Shown in pieces: positions 20,368 to 31,844 of a DNA stretch of 64,000 bases (positions within the stretch are counted from its first letter, which is position 1; the number at the start of each line of letters is the position of its first letter). Under the pieces are notes generated by a model. That model was given only the letters and a program-made list of their open reading frames with translations, was not told where the DNA came from and did not search any database. The stretch is from an uncultured Methanolobus sp. (GTDB taxonomy: Archaea; Halobacteriota; Methanosarcinia; Methanosarcinales; Methanosarcinaceae), in contig OY776215.1 of the NCBI GenBank assembly GCA_963675495.1, forward strand, positions 928,001 through 992,000. The letters run 5' to 3'. Position numbers and translations under genes: made by a program.

Positions 20368-21500
20368 ACAGCCTCCGAATCTCTTTCCAGCATATCTTTT
20401 GCAACTTCCCGCATCGTTGCTCCAAACTCGGATTCAACAATATGGTTCACACCAAGTGTCTTTGGATGCAGGTCTATCTCTACAATAACATTTTCATGTC
20501 CCATTTCTTTTAGCGGAATTACCTGTCTGGGACCATTGGTAACGGATATAACTTCCATTCCCTGAAGGTTGTCCATGGGTATTGCATGAGGTACACCAGT
20601 GATAACAGCAAAGTCAAAGTCACTGTATTTATCAGCTATCAGTTCACTGACCTTTTCACCTGCGATTGGGTATTCATCCATACCCCCGATGTCCTCATGG
20701 ATCGTGATTCCTTTTTCCGTAAAGTCATCCATTATGGATTTTGCGTGATGACGCACCCGTGGAAGACCAAGGGTATCGTCCACGTTTGCCATGTTGATAA
20801 CGTTATTTTCCATGCCAAGCTGTGCAGCCACTTCATTAATGGCGACGGTGATGTCAGCGAACATGTAACCAGTCTCTTTCTTGGCATTCATAATAGTAAG
20901 ACAGCGTTTGCCCTCTTTCAAATAGTTGATAACCTTCTCAGCTACCTTATACTTCAGATCTCCGCGTGAAGGAGTCAGATATTCTCTGCTTGCTGCACCA
21001 TGGCGTTTCTCAACATTTGTTGCTTCCTCAAGAAGGATCTTCTGCCTTCCAAGTTCCCCTGCATCAATGATGCCTGCATCACATGCGGATTCCAGTGCTA
21101 TCAGAACACCTTTTGTATTATTAGGATATCCTGCATGCACTTCCACTTCAATGACAGGTACGTCCAGATTTGCATCCTGGACAGGCTCACGAAGTTCTTC
21201 ACCAATGATCATACTGGCACATGTCCCCACAACACCGATGAGTTTTGGATCGAACATCTCATTTACCTTGGTAAGTAAAGATGAGAGTTCATCGCGTCCT
21301 CCAAAGACAAAGCCATTCTCATCAAGAGCAGTAGTAACAACATGGATCCCATCTTCTTCAAGAAGTCTTGCGTGTTTGAATGAGCAGCCAGGTGGACCGT
21401 GAAGTATAGCAACATCAACATTCAGGTCACGTAACGTGTACAACGCAGCCACGATAGAACTAGGCCGCGGGTGTATTATTGAGATATCGTTTTCCGCCAT
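20364..21500 (-). CDS. cfbD: Ni-sirohydrochlorin a,c-diamide reductive cyclase catalytic subunit (NflD)
   Basis: [35 protein letters not shown] and [10 protein letters not shown]. Confidence 0.93.
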   Translation of the reverse strand: MAENDISIIHPRPSSIVAALYTLRDLNVDVAILHGPPGCSFKHARLLEEDGIHVVTTALDENGFVFGGRDELSSLLTKVNEMFDPKLIGVVGTCASMIIGEELREPVQDANLDVPVIEVEVHAGYPNNTKGVLIALESACDAGIIDAGELGRQKILLEEATNVEKRHGAASREYLTPSRGDLKYKVAEKVINYLKEGKRCLTIMNAKKETGYMFADITVAINEVAAQLGMENNVINMANVDDTLGLPRVRHHAKSIMDDFTEKGITIHEDIGGMDEYPIAGEKVSELIADKYSDFDFAVITGVPHAIPMDNLQGMEVISVTNGPRQVIPLKEMGHENVIVEIDLHPKTLGVNHIVESEFGATMREVAKDMLERDSEAV

Positions 21501-21686
21501 ATCGATCCCTTTTATTTCTACTAGAGTAATCTAATTATTATAATTGTCAAATTTCGTATTAAATAGTATACTTAAAATATAGGTGTTTTTCTGCACTATC
21601 TAGTTCTTTATCGTATAAAAGCACTAATCATAACAAAAAAACAGAGGATAAAATAAAGATAGAATAAATTATAAAAAGAGCTTGTT

Positions 21687-23057
21687 TCACCTGAAACATT
21701 TCACACACGACAATATAATATCACGTTGTAAAGAGACTTCAAGTGCCATTGCAAGTCCTTCATCAAGTCCGGAAGCGTATACAGCATGTCCCCCACCCAT
21801 CCCCTGTATCCTTTCACCCACTAGTATCAACTGTCCTATATCCTTACCACGCCTTATGACAAGCTCTGAAACTTTCTCAGGAGGAAGGCCTTCGCAAACC
21901 TGGGCAGCTTCTTCCCCAAGCACCATTATAATCCTTTCAGATTTGGTCTTTTTTTTACTCAAAGCATAATCCAATGAGCGCTCTGCTGAGCGTATATCCA
22001 TACCGGAGTTAGAATTATCAATTAGCTTTCTTCCGGAAAGTTCCTTCTCCTGCATCCTTCCCTGCAAACCTTCAAAAGAACCAATGACTTCGGATATATC
22101 CTTTGTAGATACCCCCATCCACATTGCCACGGAAACTGAAGCTGCAAAAGCAGTCGCATATGACCTATAATTATAACCGGACGATAGTTGTGAGGAAAAA
22201 CTAACATCCCTGTGATCTAGAACTAAAGACTCGTCCTCAAAATGAAGCTTAAGATCAGCGTTAACTTCTGCAGAATCACAGAACGTGAAAAATGTCCTGT
22301 TATTTTTCCCTGCCTTATTCAATGCCTGACTATCCCTTGAATTCAGGAAGAATATCTCTTCGGGCTTGCATTGGGAAAGTGCCTTCATCTTGGAATCGCT
22401 TGCATCGGAAGTTGAAGCTGCTATTTTGTAATCAGGCTCCAGTGTGGTAATTACCCCTACATCTGCAAACCCGGTCAGACCAATTGAAATTTCAAGAATA
22501 TAACAATCTGCAGCAATATCTAACTCAGCCAGTCTGTCAAGCGCAAGCAATATGCTCCCGGGAGCGATACTTAAACCAAGGTGAACTATACTGGAATGTC
22601 CTCGCTCCCACAATTCAAGACCTCTGGAAGTATGAAGTATCACCTTCATCTTTCGTGAAAGCATATCAGCAAGCAGGGATGCTGAACTGGTTTTGGCTTT
22701 TGAACCTGTTATCTCGATTACAGTGGCATCATCAAGAACACCTGTCATGGACAATATCAAGCCCACTGCATCGTGGTGGGTCATAATATCAATGTCCTTT
22801 TTCCCGGCGTCTGCCAACATGGCATATCCCGGGTCCAGATGTGCAGGACTTACTATAAGATCGAATCCATCAACATGTAAAGGGTCCTTTGAAGTTATTA
22901 TACCATGTTCAGATTCCATTTTTGAGAGAATGGCCTCATCCACTGTCCCGTAGACATCTATTGCTGTCACATTGTAACCAAGGCCAGCAAATTTTTCTGC
23001 GATGATAATGCCCGCATGCGTCAGGTCAAGAACTACGACGTTGGTATGATCTAACAT
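21687..23057 (-). CDS. cfbE: Coenzyme F430 synthase (Mur-ligase-like)
   Basis: LDLTHAG N-terminus, EITGSKAKTS, DNSNSG, GEEAAQVCEGL and terminal CVKCFR. Confidence 0.9.
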   Translation of the reverse strand: MLDHTNVVVLDLTHAGIIIAEKFAGLGYNVTAIDVYGTVDEAILSKMESEHGIITSKDPLHVDGFDLIVSPAHLDPGYAMLADAGKKDIDIMTHHDAVGLILSMTGVLDDATVIEITGSKAKTSSASLLADMLSRKMKVILHTSRGLELWERGHSSIVHLGLSIAPGSILLALDRLAELDIAADCYILEISIGLTGFADVGVITTLEPDYKIAASTSDASDSKMKALSQCKPEEIFFLNSRDSQALNKAGKNNRTFFTFCDSAEVNADLKLHFEDESLVLDHRDVSFSSQLSSGYNYRSYATAFAASVSVAMWMGVSTKDISEVIGSFEGLQGRMQEKELSGRKLIDNSNSGMDIRSAERSLDYALSKKKTKSERIIMVLGEEAAQVCEGLPPEKVSELVIRRGKDIGQLILVGERIQGMGGGHAVYASGLDEGLAMALEVSLQRDIILSCVKCFR

Positions 23058-23134
23058 AGTACCAGTATGATATAGAATTGAAAAGAGAAAGAATAAGTTA
23101 AGGATAATAATGAAAAAGAGAGAATAGAAAGAAC

Positions 23135-23761
23135 TTAGTTCTTTCCATCGTCTGCTTCATCATCCTTATAACTGTCAGAACCTACCATTGCAGCAGCAAT
23201 TGAATCGATACCATCGAGCCATTCTGCTACGAGACCGTAAGGAACTTCTTCCATTACTTTTTCAGTGAGCTCTTTACCACTGATAACAAGAGCACCTATC
23301 TCTGCAACTGTGCCAAGAGCTATCTCGATATCATCAGAGGATTCTGCTTCAAGAGCAACTTTTACAAGGTCTGCGATATCAACGCTGCTGTCATAGTCAC
23401 CACTCAAGTAAGCTTCACATGCTGCAAAACCACCCATGAGAGATGCCTGAAGAGAATCGATCATCATATCCGCATCCTCTGAGATAGGGTCTATTTCTGC
23501 AAGTGCGATATCCCTGATCTGTGCAATATACTCCAATGCAGACTCCGGGGAGATCTGTTCCTTTTCGCATTTTGCAATTATCTTCAAACATGCAAGAACG
23601 ATATCATCTTCCATGTTAACAAAGATAGCTCCTTCCTTGCCCTGTGGCTCGTCGGACTCATCAAATTTGAAATCGCTTTCTTTTACCTGATTGATCCAGT
23701 TATTCCAGCGTTCTGCTGTGTAAAAATCATGATGTAACACATCACCGTCCTTCCCTGCCAT
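23135..23761 (-). CDS. DUF2150 family protein
   Basis: FYTAERWNNWI..NMEDDIVLACLKI..WLDGIDSI; acidic; upstream of the cfb genes. Confidence 0.75.
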   Translation of the reverse strand: MAGKDGDVLHHDFYTAERWNNWINQVKESDFKFDESDEPQGKEGAIFVNMEDDIVLACLKIIAKCEKEQISPESALEYIAQIRDIALAEIDPISEDADMMIDSLQASLMGGFAACEAYLSGDYDSSVDIADLVKVALEAESSDDIEIALGTVAEIGALVISGKELTEKVMEEVPYGLVAEWLDGIDSIAAAMVGSDSYKDDEADDGKN

Positions 23762-23847
23762 ATAATTACCTCTGTATAATAGTATTATTTTAATATTTTA
23801 TTTTATTCTACGAATTGCTTTTTATATAAAAGATGTTCGCAATGAAA

Positions 23848-24315
23848 CTATACTTTTAGTTCCACCATTTTTAAAGAACATCCTGAAACCATATCTTCAT
23901 CCATAGGACCGAGCACCTTTACAACTGTACATTTGTCCCCTTCCTTAAGGCCTTCGGGATAAAGGATGTCATATACACTGTCATCTGAAGTCTGGCATTT
24001 TGGATGTTCGTAGCTTATCTTGGAACCTTCCACTGCCTTGCGGGACTCGATCGCCGCAACGATTGGGGAACTTTCAACATCAACAGTCAGCACACCACCA
24101 TCATGAATAAAACATTCGTGAACTGTGTCACTTCTAACCTTTGCAACACGATACTTGCGACCAGGCACAAGATTCAAACAGGTACGCCTTAGCTTGCATT
24201 TCTTACATTCACGGGACTCACCCATAAATATGAAATCCTCGCCTTCCTTTGCAAGCCTTGAGCCAATAAGTGTAATGGTAGTATTATTATCTGTCATATA
24301 AATCACCTTGATCAA
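23848..24315 (-). CDS. UPF0179 family protein
   Basis: ITLIGSRLAKEG.DFIF.G..RECKKCKLRRTC.NL..G..Y.V and ECFIHDGGV. Confidence 0.8.
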   Translation of the reverse strand: MIKVIYMTDNNTTITLIGSRLAKEGEDFIFMGESRECKKCKLRRTCLNLVPGRKYRVAKVRSDTVHECFIHDGGVLTVDVESSPIVAAIESRKAVEGSKISYEHPKCQTSDDSVYDILYPEGLKEGDKCTVVKVLGPMDEDMVSGCSLKMVELKV

Positions 24316-24333
24316 TTGAATTTAGCTATTCTA

Positions 24334-25413
24334 TTATGAAATAACTTTTGTTAAGCGTGCGACCTTCTCTGCAGCCTCGGAAGTAAGACCTGCACCAAGT
24401 ATCGTATATCTCTCAGGACGTATCTCATGTGCAACTAGAAGCGCCTCTAATATATACCTATCTTCAATCCCAAGTTCTTTAGCAGTAGTCGGGGCTCCTA
24501 TTACCTCCAGGCATTCCTTTATGGTCTTCCAGTCGCCACCGTGCAGGTACATCATCATTATGGTACCTACGCCACATTGTTCACCATGAAGGGCTGTGTT
24601 TGGGACGAGCATATCAAGTGCGTGGCTGAACATGTGTTCCGAACCGGAAGCTGGCCTGGATGAACCCGCTATGCTCATTGCAACTCCACTTGAGACGAGT
24701 GCCTTGACAACTATCCTCACTGAACTTTCCAGTTCGGGTTTAATATCTTCAGGTGAATCCATCAATATCTGGGCTGTCATTCTGGAAAGAGCAGCTGAAT
24801 ACTCACTAAACGGTTCATTTCTCAACCTGTGGGCAAGTTCCCAATCAAGGACCGCAGTGTAGTTTGAGATTATGTCCCCGCATCCCGCAGCAAGCAACCG
24901 GTAAGGAGCACTGGCTATTATATGGGTATCCGCTATCACGGCCATTGGTGCATTTACCTCGATGGATGTTTTCTTTCCCTTGTCGTGTATTGAAGCCCTG
25001 GAAGACACAATACCATCATGCGATGCCGCTGTGGGAACACTTATGAACGGAAGATCAAGCTGCGTTGCCGCAAGTTTCGCCACATCTATGGACTTACCAC
25101 TCCCGACTCCTATCAGGTACTTCGAGTTTGATTCCTTTGCCTGCACAGCCGCTTTTTTGACTTCGGCCATGGATGCTTCTTTTGAAACAGTAATAGACGG
25201 GTTGTAACCACATTCATCCAGCAGGTTAAATACAACATCTCCTGCTATCTTCTTAGTATTGTTTCCCGTAACAATAAAAGCACCTTCCCTAAGTTTCAGG
25301 TCATCGCAAACATCCTTCATATCATAGATAACATCAGGACCTACAACGACATCCCTTGGTAACTGCATCCATTTTTTCTTGCCTTTTGTCGGGATCACAC
25401 ACATACCTGCCAA
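24334..25413 (-). CDS. egsA: sn-glycerol-1-phosphate dehydrogenase (archaeal lipid backbone)
   Basis: [38 protein letters not shown] and LHGEQCG. Confidence 0.93.
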   Translation of the reverse strand: MAGMCVIPTKGKKKWMQLPRDVVVGPDVIYDMKDVCDDLKLREGAFIVTGNNTKKIAGDVVFNLLDECGYNPSITVSKEASMAEVKKAAVQAKESNSKYLIGVGSGKSIDVAKLAATQLDLPFISVPTAASHDGIVSSRASIHDKGKKTSIEVNAPMAVIADTHIIASAPYRLLAAGCGDIISNYTAVLDWELAHRLRNEPFSEYSAALSRMTAQILMDSPEDIKPELESSVRIVVKALVSSGVAMSIAGSSRPASGSEHMFSHALDMLVPNTALHGEQCGVGTIMMMYLHGGDWKTIKECLEVIGAPTTAKELGIEDRYILEALLVAHEIRPERYTILGAGLTSEAAEKVARLTKVIS

Positions 25414-25574
25414 AAATTGGATAAGTGAATTTTTTAATAATCAAATACTATCAAGCATCAGCTCCAAATAGGAACATGACTTGATTTGGGAAATTTCTTT
25501 TGATATATTAGGTATTTCCCATAAGCTATTAAATATTAGTTGTATTTAGGATATTCCTATATTATGCTACTGCT

Positions 25575-26432
25575 GTGATTATAATGCCATTAATAGATAA
25601 AGTTACCCAATTCATTAACGATTATTACATAGACCCTATTCTTCATGATAGTGGTTACAATATCGTTAATACGGTTACGTGGGCGATATTGCTGGGAATA
25701 TGTATTTTCGGCGTTGTGAAATTGTTGAAAAAACTGGATATAGAGATAGATGACAGGTTTACAGTATCTGTGATTCCTTTCATCCTTGCAGGTTCATCTC
25801 TTAGGGTCATAGAAGATACAGGAATCCTAACTTCTCCCGCAAGTTACCTGTTCATAACCCCAAACATCTATTTTGTCGTATTTGCAATAACAGTGTTCTT
25901 CCTTGTCCTTTCAAAATGGATCGCGAAGTTAAATGGAACGGGAGATTATCGAAAGAACTTTGCAAGTTTTGGGATTGCATGGTTCCTTGTTAACCTCACA
26001 GCCCTGTTCTATCTTGAAGATATGATACTTCCCTGGGTACCTGTTTTTGTCGTATGTGCGGCAAGCCTTATAGTGTACCTTACAAAATTCATATTCGACC
26101 GTATAGGTTTTGGCCTGCTCAAAAGTAAGATCAATGTAGCAATACTCTGGGTTCACCTTCTAGACGCATCTTCAACTATTGCAGGAATTGATTTTCTTGG
26201 ATATTACGAAAAGCATGTAGTACCAGCATACCTTATCGACCTTACAGGTACTGCATTTGTGATGTATCCATTAAAACTATCTATATTCATCCCGGTACTA
26301 TATGTACTGGATAATCATTTTGATGAGGACGAAGAATCACAGACATTAAAGACCTTCCTGAAACTGGTCATCATAGTCCTTGGATTATCACCTGCATGCA
26401 GGAACACTATCAGAATGGCATTTGGAGTTTAA
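25575..26432 (+). CDS. DUF63 family membrane protein
   Basis: GYNIVNT, LRVIED, HLLDASST..G..YYEKHVV and LGLSP..R; multiple TM segments. Confidence 0.8.
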   Translation: MIIMPLIDKVTQFINDYYIDPILHDSGYNIVNTVTWAILLGICIFGVVKLLKKLDIEIDDRFTVSVIPFILAGSSLRVIEDTGILTSPASYLFITPNIYFVVFAITVFFLVLSKWIAKLNGTGDYRKNFASFGIAWFLVNLTALFYLEDMILPWVPVFVVCAASLIVYLTKFIFDRIGFGLLKSKINVAILWVHLLDASSTIAGIDFLGYYEKHVVPAYLIDLTGTAFVMYPLKLSIFIPVLYVLDNHFDEDEESQTLKTFLKLVIIVLGLSPACRNTIRMAFGV

Positions 26433-26436
26433 GCCA

Positions 26437-27042
26437 ATGCATGATGAAAACAAAAAAGAAGCGTTCAGGACATATATTGATGAGCTGATACCTTTCGTAA
26501 GGATCAGTCTTTTACTTTTTCTATTGTCAACTATTGCAGGCTACGCCTATTACACAATTGAACCTTCATACGCGTTGGATTCACTTAGTGGACTTGAAGA
26601 GCTCGCAGAAATGCTTCAGGGTCTTTCTGCTTTTGAGATAATGCTGCTCATTTTTGTGAACAATTCTGTGAAAATGTTCTTTTCGATACTACTGGGTGTT
26701 GCCCTAGGCATAGTTCCTTTTGGGTTTTTGGTGTTAAACGGCTTTATTCTGGGAGTATTCGCCCATTATATGGCAGTTGAAAATGGAACCCTGTTTGTGA
26801 TCGCAGGTCTAACACCCCATGGGATCATAGAGATACCCATGCTGATAATATCATCTGCAATTGGAATGAAGATAGGATATGTGGCACTAAATACCATCCG
26901 ATCACAACCTTCAGACCTTAAAGTAGAGATAATCAGAGGTATCAAATTTTACCTGCACTGGCTTTTCCCACTCATATTACTTGCAGCTATTATAGAGACT
27001 TTCATAACACCCGTGATAATTTATCTGGTGGCTGGAATTTGA
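26437..27042 (+). CDS. Stage II sporulation protein M (DUF95) family membrane protein
   Basis: IFVNN..LNGFILG..PHGIIEIP..AAIIETFITP; ATG 5 nt after the DUF63 stop. Confidence 0.8.
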   Translation: MHDENKKEAFRTYIDELIPFVRISLLLFLLSTIAGYAYYTIEPSYALDSLSGLEELAEMLQGLSAFEIMLLIFVNNSVKMFFSILLGVALGIVPFGFLVLNGFILGVFAHYMAVENGTLFVIAGLTPHGIIEIPMLIISSAIGMKIGYVALNTIRSQPSDLKVEIIRGIKFYLHWLFPLILLAAIIETFITPVIIYLVAGI

Positions 27043-27121
27043 AATTCCAAACAAAGCATTTTGACGTGAACAGGTTTATTAATACTAAATACAATGTCTG
27101 GAAAAAAATCGAGGGCATACA

Positions 27122-28279
27122 ATGATAGACAGAAAAGAGATCGCAGAGATCATTGAAGATTATGATATGGACAAGGTCAAGATAGGTGCTGTTGCATCAC
27201 ACTCGGCACTAGATGTTTTTGATGGAGCAATTGAAGAGAACTTCAGAACATATGCAGTCTGCCAGCAGGGCCGTGAAAAAACGTATACAGACTACTTCAA
27301 GTCACAAAGAGACAGCAACGGCAATGTCGTCCGGGGCATTGTAGATGAACACATATTGTTAAACAAGTTCAGTGAAACCACAAAGCCGGAGATCCAGAAA
27401 AAACTGGTTGAAGACAATGTGCTTTTCATACCTAACCGTTCCTTTACATCATACTGTGGTATCGATGAAGTGGAAAATGATTTCAAGGTACCTCTTGTTG
27501 GAAGCAGGAACATGCTTCGCAGTGAGGAAAGAGGTATGGACCGCGATTATTACTGGCTCCTTGAAAAAGCAGGATTGCCCTTCCCAGAGAGGATCAATGA
27601 CCCTCAGGACATAGAGGAACTTGTGATGGTAAAGCTCCCTCACGCAGTTAAGAAACTCGAAAGAGGATTCTTCACCGCAGGAACCTATGAGGAATACAAA
27701 CAAAAAGCACAATCTCTCTTGAAACAGGGAGTTATCACTCAGGATGCTCTTGACAATGCAAGGATAGAACGCTATGTAATAGGACCTGTGTTCAACTTTG
27801 ACATGTTCTATTCGCCTCTTGAGACAGAGATGAACAAGCTTGAGATACTTGGTATCGACTGGCGCTTTGAGACAAGTCTGGATGGACATGTACGTCTGTC
27901 TGCACCGCAGCAGATGACACTTGCAGAGCACCAGCTTACACCCGAATACACGGTATGTGGCCACAACTCCGCAACCCTCAGGGAATCACTCCTTGAAGAA
28001 GTGTTCAGGCTCTCTGAGAAATATATAAAGGCTGCAAGCAAATATTATGATCCGGGAGTAATCGGTCCGTTCTGTCTGCAAACCTGTGTTGACAAAGACC
28101 TGAATTTCTACATATATGATGTAGCACCAAGAGTTGGTGGCGGAACAAATGTGCACATGTCGGTCGGACACCCATACGGAAACACCACATGGAGAAGACC
28201 AATGAGCACAGGTCGCCGTGTTGCCCACGAGATCAGAAGGGCTATTGAGACCGATCAGCTCGATAAGATAATAACATAA
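27122..28279 (+). CDS. purP: Formate-phosphoribosylaminoimidazolecarboxamide ligase family (PurP-like ATP-grasp)
   Basis: ASHSALD, FIPNRSF, ERGFF, GPFCLQ and DVAPRVGGGTN. Confidence 0.85.
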   Translation: MIDRKEIAEIIEDYDMDKVKIGAVASHSALDVFDGAIEENFRTYAVCQQGREKTYTDYFKSQRDSNGNVVRGIVDEHILLNKFSETTKPEIQKKLVEDNVLFIPNRSFTSYCGIDEVENDFKVPLVGSRNMLRSEERGMDRDYYWLLEKAGLPFPERINDPQDIEELVMVKLPHAVKKLERGFFTAGTYEEYKQKAQSLLKQGVITQDALDNARIERYVIGPVFNFDMFYSPLETEMNKLEILGIDWRFETSLDGHVRLSAPQQMTLAEHQLTPEYTVCGHNSATLRESLLEEVFRLSEKYIKAASKYYDPGVIGPFCLQTCVDKDLNFYIYDVAPRVGGGTNVHMSVGHPYGNTTWRRPMSTGRRVAHEIRRAIETDQLDKIIT

Positions 28280-28411
28280 ACGATATGTTTTGTAATGATC
28301 TGGACAGCTAAGTTCAGACATCTTTTTATTTTTTAATTCACTCCAATATAAATCCATACACATGCATGAATAAAAGTCTTTTTATACAACCATTGATATA
28401 ATATATCGTGC

Positions 28412-29167
28412 ATGGAAATCAACCGGGTTCCAACAGGAATTTATGAACTTGATGAAATACTCGAAGGTGGGTATCCTTCACAACAAGGCATTCTTATAAG
28501 TGGACCCCCTGGATCGGGAAAAAGTATCCTTGCAACTCATTTTCTTCACAGGTCATGCAAAGACGGAAAAAAATGTATGCTAATGCTCACCCAGGTTAAC
28601 GTTGAGAGTTACCTTGAACAGGCGTTGAGCATAGGAATTGATTTTCAGACTTGCATTGACAAAGGAACCCTGCTTATTACTAAATCATTTGAAACCCGCA
28701 CGAACAAAATATATAATGCTGAAAGACACGGAACAGGAATAGGATTCCTTGAAAGAGATTGTGTTCAGAACGTGCAGGACATACCTGATGACGTAGAGAT
28801 CGTAGTAATAGACAATCTTGACATGTTGTCCCTCTATCACAGCACAGAAGAATTTGCTGACAAGTTCTTTGCCATAAATGACATCCTCTTCGCTAAAAAA
28901 TGTACAGCACTTTTTTTGATAGGCCAGGAAGACTCTACGACAAAACATGCCATCGCACAGCATACGTCTTTTGGGAACATCGAACTTTATACGGACCGTG
29001 ATCCTGCAACAGGAAGAGGTATGCGCCAAATGTACATTCCAAAAATGAGATGTACATATATTTCACTTGACCCTCTTAATTTCAAGATAACAAAAGAAGG
29101 TATAAGAATAGAGAAAATATTTCAGAGGGATGAGATTATAAAAGGTGCCCTCAGTGCTTTTGTTTAA
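28412..29167 (+). CDS. KaiC/RAD55-family single-domain ATPase
   Basis: RVPTGIYELDEILEGG, Walker A GPPGSGKS, Walker B VVIDN and KMR..F.IT.EGI. Confidence 0.85.
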   Translation: MEINRVPTGIYELDEILEGGYPSQQGILISGPPGSGKSILATHFLHRSCKDGKKCMLMLTQVNVESYLEQALSIGIDFQTCIDKGTLLITKSFETRTNKIYNAERHGTGIGFLERDCVQNVQDIPDDVEIVVIDNLDMLSLYHSTEEFADKFFAINDILFAKKCTALFLIGQEDSTTKHAIAQHTSFGNIELYTDRDPATGRGMRQMYIPKMRCTYISLDPLNFKITKEGIRIEKIFQRDEIIKGALSAFV

Positions 29168-29406
29168 GAACTGTAAATTCAGGCACTATCTTCTATGTAC
29201 CCTTTTTCGTAGTAAGCTATATACGTCATTAAAAGAATAAGACCTGTTTTGCCATACAATAGGCATTTGTACTTTCTGTTTTGTTCGAAATCATTTAAAT
29301 AGGATTAGTCGAATGATACACCACAATCTAAACAGATAATATATTAAACTTATACTGAAGTTATTACGCTTTTAGAATATTGCCCAACCGGGAGGGAAAT
29401 CAAAAA

Positions 29407-30633
29407 TTGAGTCAACCTTGTGTTAATATCGGCATGGTAGGTCATGTCGACCACGGAAAAACCACACTTGTCAGCGCGCTGTCAGGAGTCTGGACAGACA
29501 CGCACAGCGAAGAGCTGAAGCGTGGAATATCTATCAGGCTAGGATACGCCGACGCCACGTTCAGAAAATGCCCCAACTGCCCCGAACCTCAGTGTTATAC
29601 TGTAGCCGACACTTGTGAGGGATGTAGCGAACCATCTGAAGAGCTAAGGACAGTATCATTTGTAGATGCGCCAGGTCACGAGACATTGATGGCAACTATG
29701 CTATCAGGTGCAGCTATAATGGATGGTGCAATGCTTGTTATTGCAGCGAACGAGACATGCCCACAACCCCAGACAAAAGAACACCTGATGGCATTGAACA
29801 TCATAGGTATCAAGAACATTGTCATCGTGCAGAACAAAATAGATCTTGTACCCAAAGAAAAGGTCATCGAACACTATCATCAGATAAAGGAATTCGTTAA
29901 GGGTACTGTTGCTGAAGATGCTCCAATTGTGCCAATATCAGCACAGCAGAACATAAACATCGATGCACTAATTATGACGATGGAAGAAATTATCCCAACG
30001 CCTGTGCATAAGAGTGACAAACCACCTCATATGCTTATTGCAAGATCTTTTGACATTAACAAACCAGGAACCCCTATTAAGAATATAACTGGTGGAGTCA
30101 TTGGTGGAACACTCACAGAAGGTGTCCTGCATCCTAATGATGAACTAGAGATAAGACCTGGCAGGAAAGTAGAAAGTGACGGAACTACCAGATGGGTCCC
30201 CATACAAACAAAGGTATCAATGGTAATTGCTGGCAAGGATGAACTAGAAGAAGCGACCCCTGGAGGACTTCTTGCAGTCGGTACAAGCCTTGACCCCACA
30301 CTTACAAAAAGTGATTCACTTACAGGACAAGTTGCAGGTCTGCCAGAAACTTTACCACCTATCCATGATGATTTCAAACTTGAGCTGCATCTGCTTGAAA
30401 GAGTTGTTGGAGTTTCTGACGAAGAAGAGATCGGCCCTATTAAGACCAGCGAGCCACTTATGCTGAATGTAGGTACAGCCACTACAGTGGGAGTAGTTAC
30501 CAGTGCACGTAAGGATATCGCAGAGGTAAAGTTAAAGAGACCCGTATGCGCAGAGATCGGATCCACAGTAGCCATCAGCAGACGCGTAGGCTCACGCTGG
30601 AGACTTATAGGCGTAGGAGTTATCTCAGCTTGA
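29407..30633 (+). CDS. eif2g: Translation initiation factor 2 gamma subunit
   Basis: [33 protein letters not shown] and RWRLIG; TTG start after a GGAGGG SD. Confidence 0.95.
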   Translation: MSQPCVNIGMVGHVDHGKTTLVSALSGVWTDTHSEELKRGISIRLGYADATFRKCPNCPEPQCYTVADTCEGCSEPSEELRTVSFVDAPGHETLMATMLSGAAIMDGAMLVIAANETCPQPQTKEHLMALNIIGIKNIVIVQNKIDLVPKEKVIEHYHQIKEFVKGTVAEDAPIVPISAQQNINIDALIMTMEEIIPTPVHKSDKPPHMLIARSFDINKPGTPIKNITGGVIGGTLTEGVLHPNDELEIRPGRKVESDGTTRWVPIQTKVSMVIAGKDELEEATPGGLLAVGTSLDPTLTKSDSLTGQVAGLPETLPPIHDDFKLELHLLERVVGVSDEEEIGPIKTSEPLMLNVGTATTVGVVTSARKDIAEVKLKRPVCAEIGSTVAISRRVGSRWRLIGVGVISA

Positions 30634-30998
30634 AGGTAATTATTGATACAAATGCATTGATGATACCTGTTCAGTTCAATGTTGATATTTTTGAAGAGTT
30701 GAAGCGACTGGGATATGACACATATCTCACCCCTACAGCAGTTATCAACGAACTGGATATCCTGATAAAAAATCTCAAAGGGAAAGACAGAACAGCTGCA
30801 AAGGTTGCGCGAGCAATGGCAGATAGGTGCGAGATAATCCAGGCAGAAGGACATGCAGATGATGTCATCCTGGACCTTGCTACCAATCATGCGGCATCTG
30901 TGCTCACCAATGACATCGGGTTACGGAAAAGATTGGAAAAAAGAGATCTACCCGTCATATGCCTGCGACAGAAGAACAGGCTTGAGATAATATCATAA
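30630..30998 (+). CDS. PIN domain protein (Fcf1/Utp24-like)
   Basis: [19 protein letters not shown]; TTG start overlaps the eif2g stop; conserved operon position. Confidence 0.85.
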   Translation: MKVIIDTNALMIPVQFNVDIFEELKRLGYDTYLTPTAVINELDILIKNLKGKDRTAAKVARAMADRCEIIQAEGHADDVILDLATNHAASVLTNDIGLRKRLEKRDLPVICLRQKNRLEIIS

Positions 30999-31075
30999 CA
31001 GGATAATTATAGATTAATTTAAAATCATATAAGTTGTTAAAGGCTAATTATACAGTATTATTGGAGTTAGTCACC

Positions 31076-31642
31076 ATGTACAAAAAGATGAAGCTTGCCG
31101 ATACAATTCGCGTTGCACCCGACCTTTTAGGCAAGGACGTTAATGAAAATGTTAAGAATGCCCTGAGACATAAACTTGAAGGCAGGATTGACAAGGAGAT
31201 AGGAGCAATTGTTGCCATTACACAGATAAACGAGATAGGAGAAGGACATATTCTCGTAGGCGATGGTGCTGTATATTACGACGCGGTCTTTGAGGCAATA
31301 GTATTCGTACCAACTATCCAGGAAGTAATAGAAGGAGAAGTTGTTGAAACTGTTGATTTCGGAGCATTTGTAAGTATCGGAGCTATGGACGGACTCCTTC
31401 ACGTGAGCCAGGTCACTGATGACTTCATGTCATATGACGGTAAGAATGGGAGACTGGTCAGCAAAGCTGGTGGCAGGTCACTTGCTGAAGGCGATAAGAT
31501 CAGGGCACGTATAGTTGCGGTAAGTATCAATGAAAGAGACCCAAGGGAAAGTAAAATAGGACTGACCATGCGCCAGCACTCCCTGGGTAAGATGGAATGG
31601 CTTGAAGAAGCTAGAAAGCCATCCGCAGAAAAGGAAGAATAA
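31076..31642 (+). CDS. rpoE1: DNA-directed RNA polymerase subunit E' (Rpo7)
   Basis: GDGAVYY, S1 domain FGAFVSIGAMDGLLHVSQ and KIGLTMRQ..LGK. Confidence 0.95.
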   Translation: MYKKMKLADTIRVAPDLLGKDVNENVKNALRHKLEGRIDKEIGAIVAITQINEIGEGHILVGDGAVYYDAVFEAIVFVPTIQEVIEGEVVETVDFGAFVSIGAMDGLLHVSQVTDDFMSYDGKNGRLVSKAGGRSLAEGDKIRARIVAVSINERDPRESKIGLTMRQHSLGKMEWLEEARKPSAEKEE

Positions 31643-31658
31643 TATCGGAGAGTATTAG

Positions 31659-31844
31659 ATGAGTGAACAGGTTTGCCGGGAATGTCACCGAATAATCAAT
31701 GGCCAGACATGTGCCATTTGCGGATCAAGTAATCTCAGTTCCGACTGGAGCGGTATGGTAATTATCATAGATCCGGAACGCTCAGAGATAGCAAAGAAAA
31801 TTGACGTGAAAGTTCCGGATAAGTATGCATTGAAGGTGCGCTAA
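31659..31844 (+). CDS. spt4: Transcription elongation factor Spt4 (RpoE'')
   Basis: CRECH..CAICGS..WSG..IIDPERSEIA..YALKVR. Confidence 0.93.
   Translation: MSEQVCRECHRIINGQTCAICGSSNLSSDWSGMVIIIDPERSEIAKKIDVKVPDKYALKVR

Noticed and set aside
19573-21500. Nitrogenase nifH/nifD
   Set aside because: Flanked by cfbB and cfbE and carries the NflD HPRP signature; these are cfbC and cfbD
21501-21686. NikR operator or small gene between cfbE and cfbD
   Set aside because: AT-rich spacer; no GTA-N-TAC palindrome with NikR-like spacing found and no ORF
30027-30890. 287-aa minus-strand ORF
   Set aside because: Antisense shadow of eif2g and the PIN gene with no recognisable motifs
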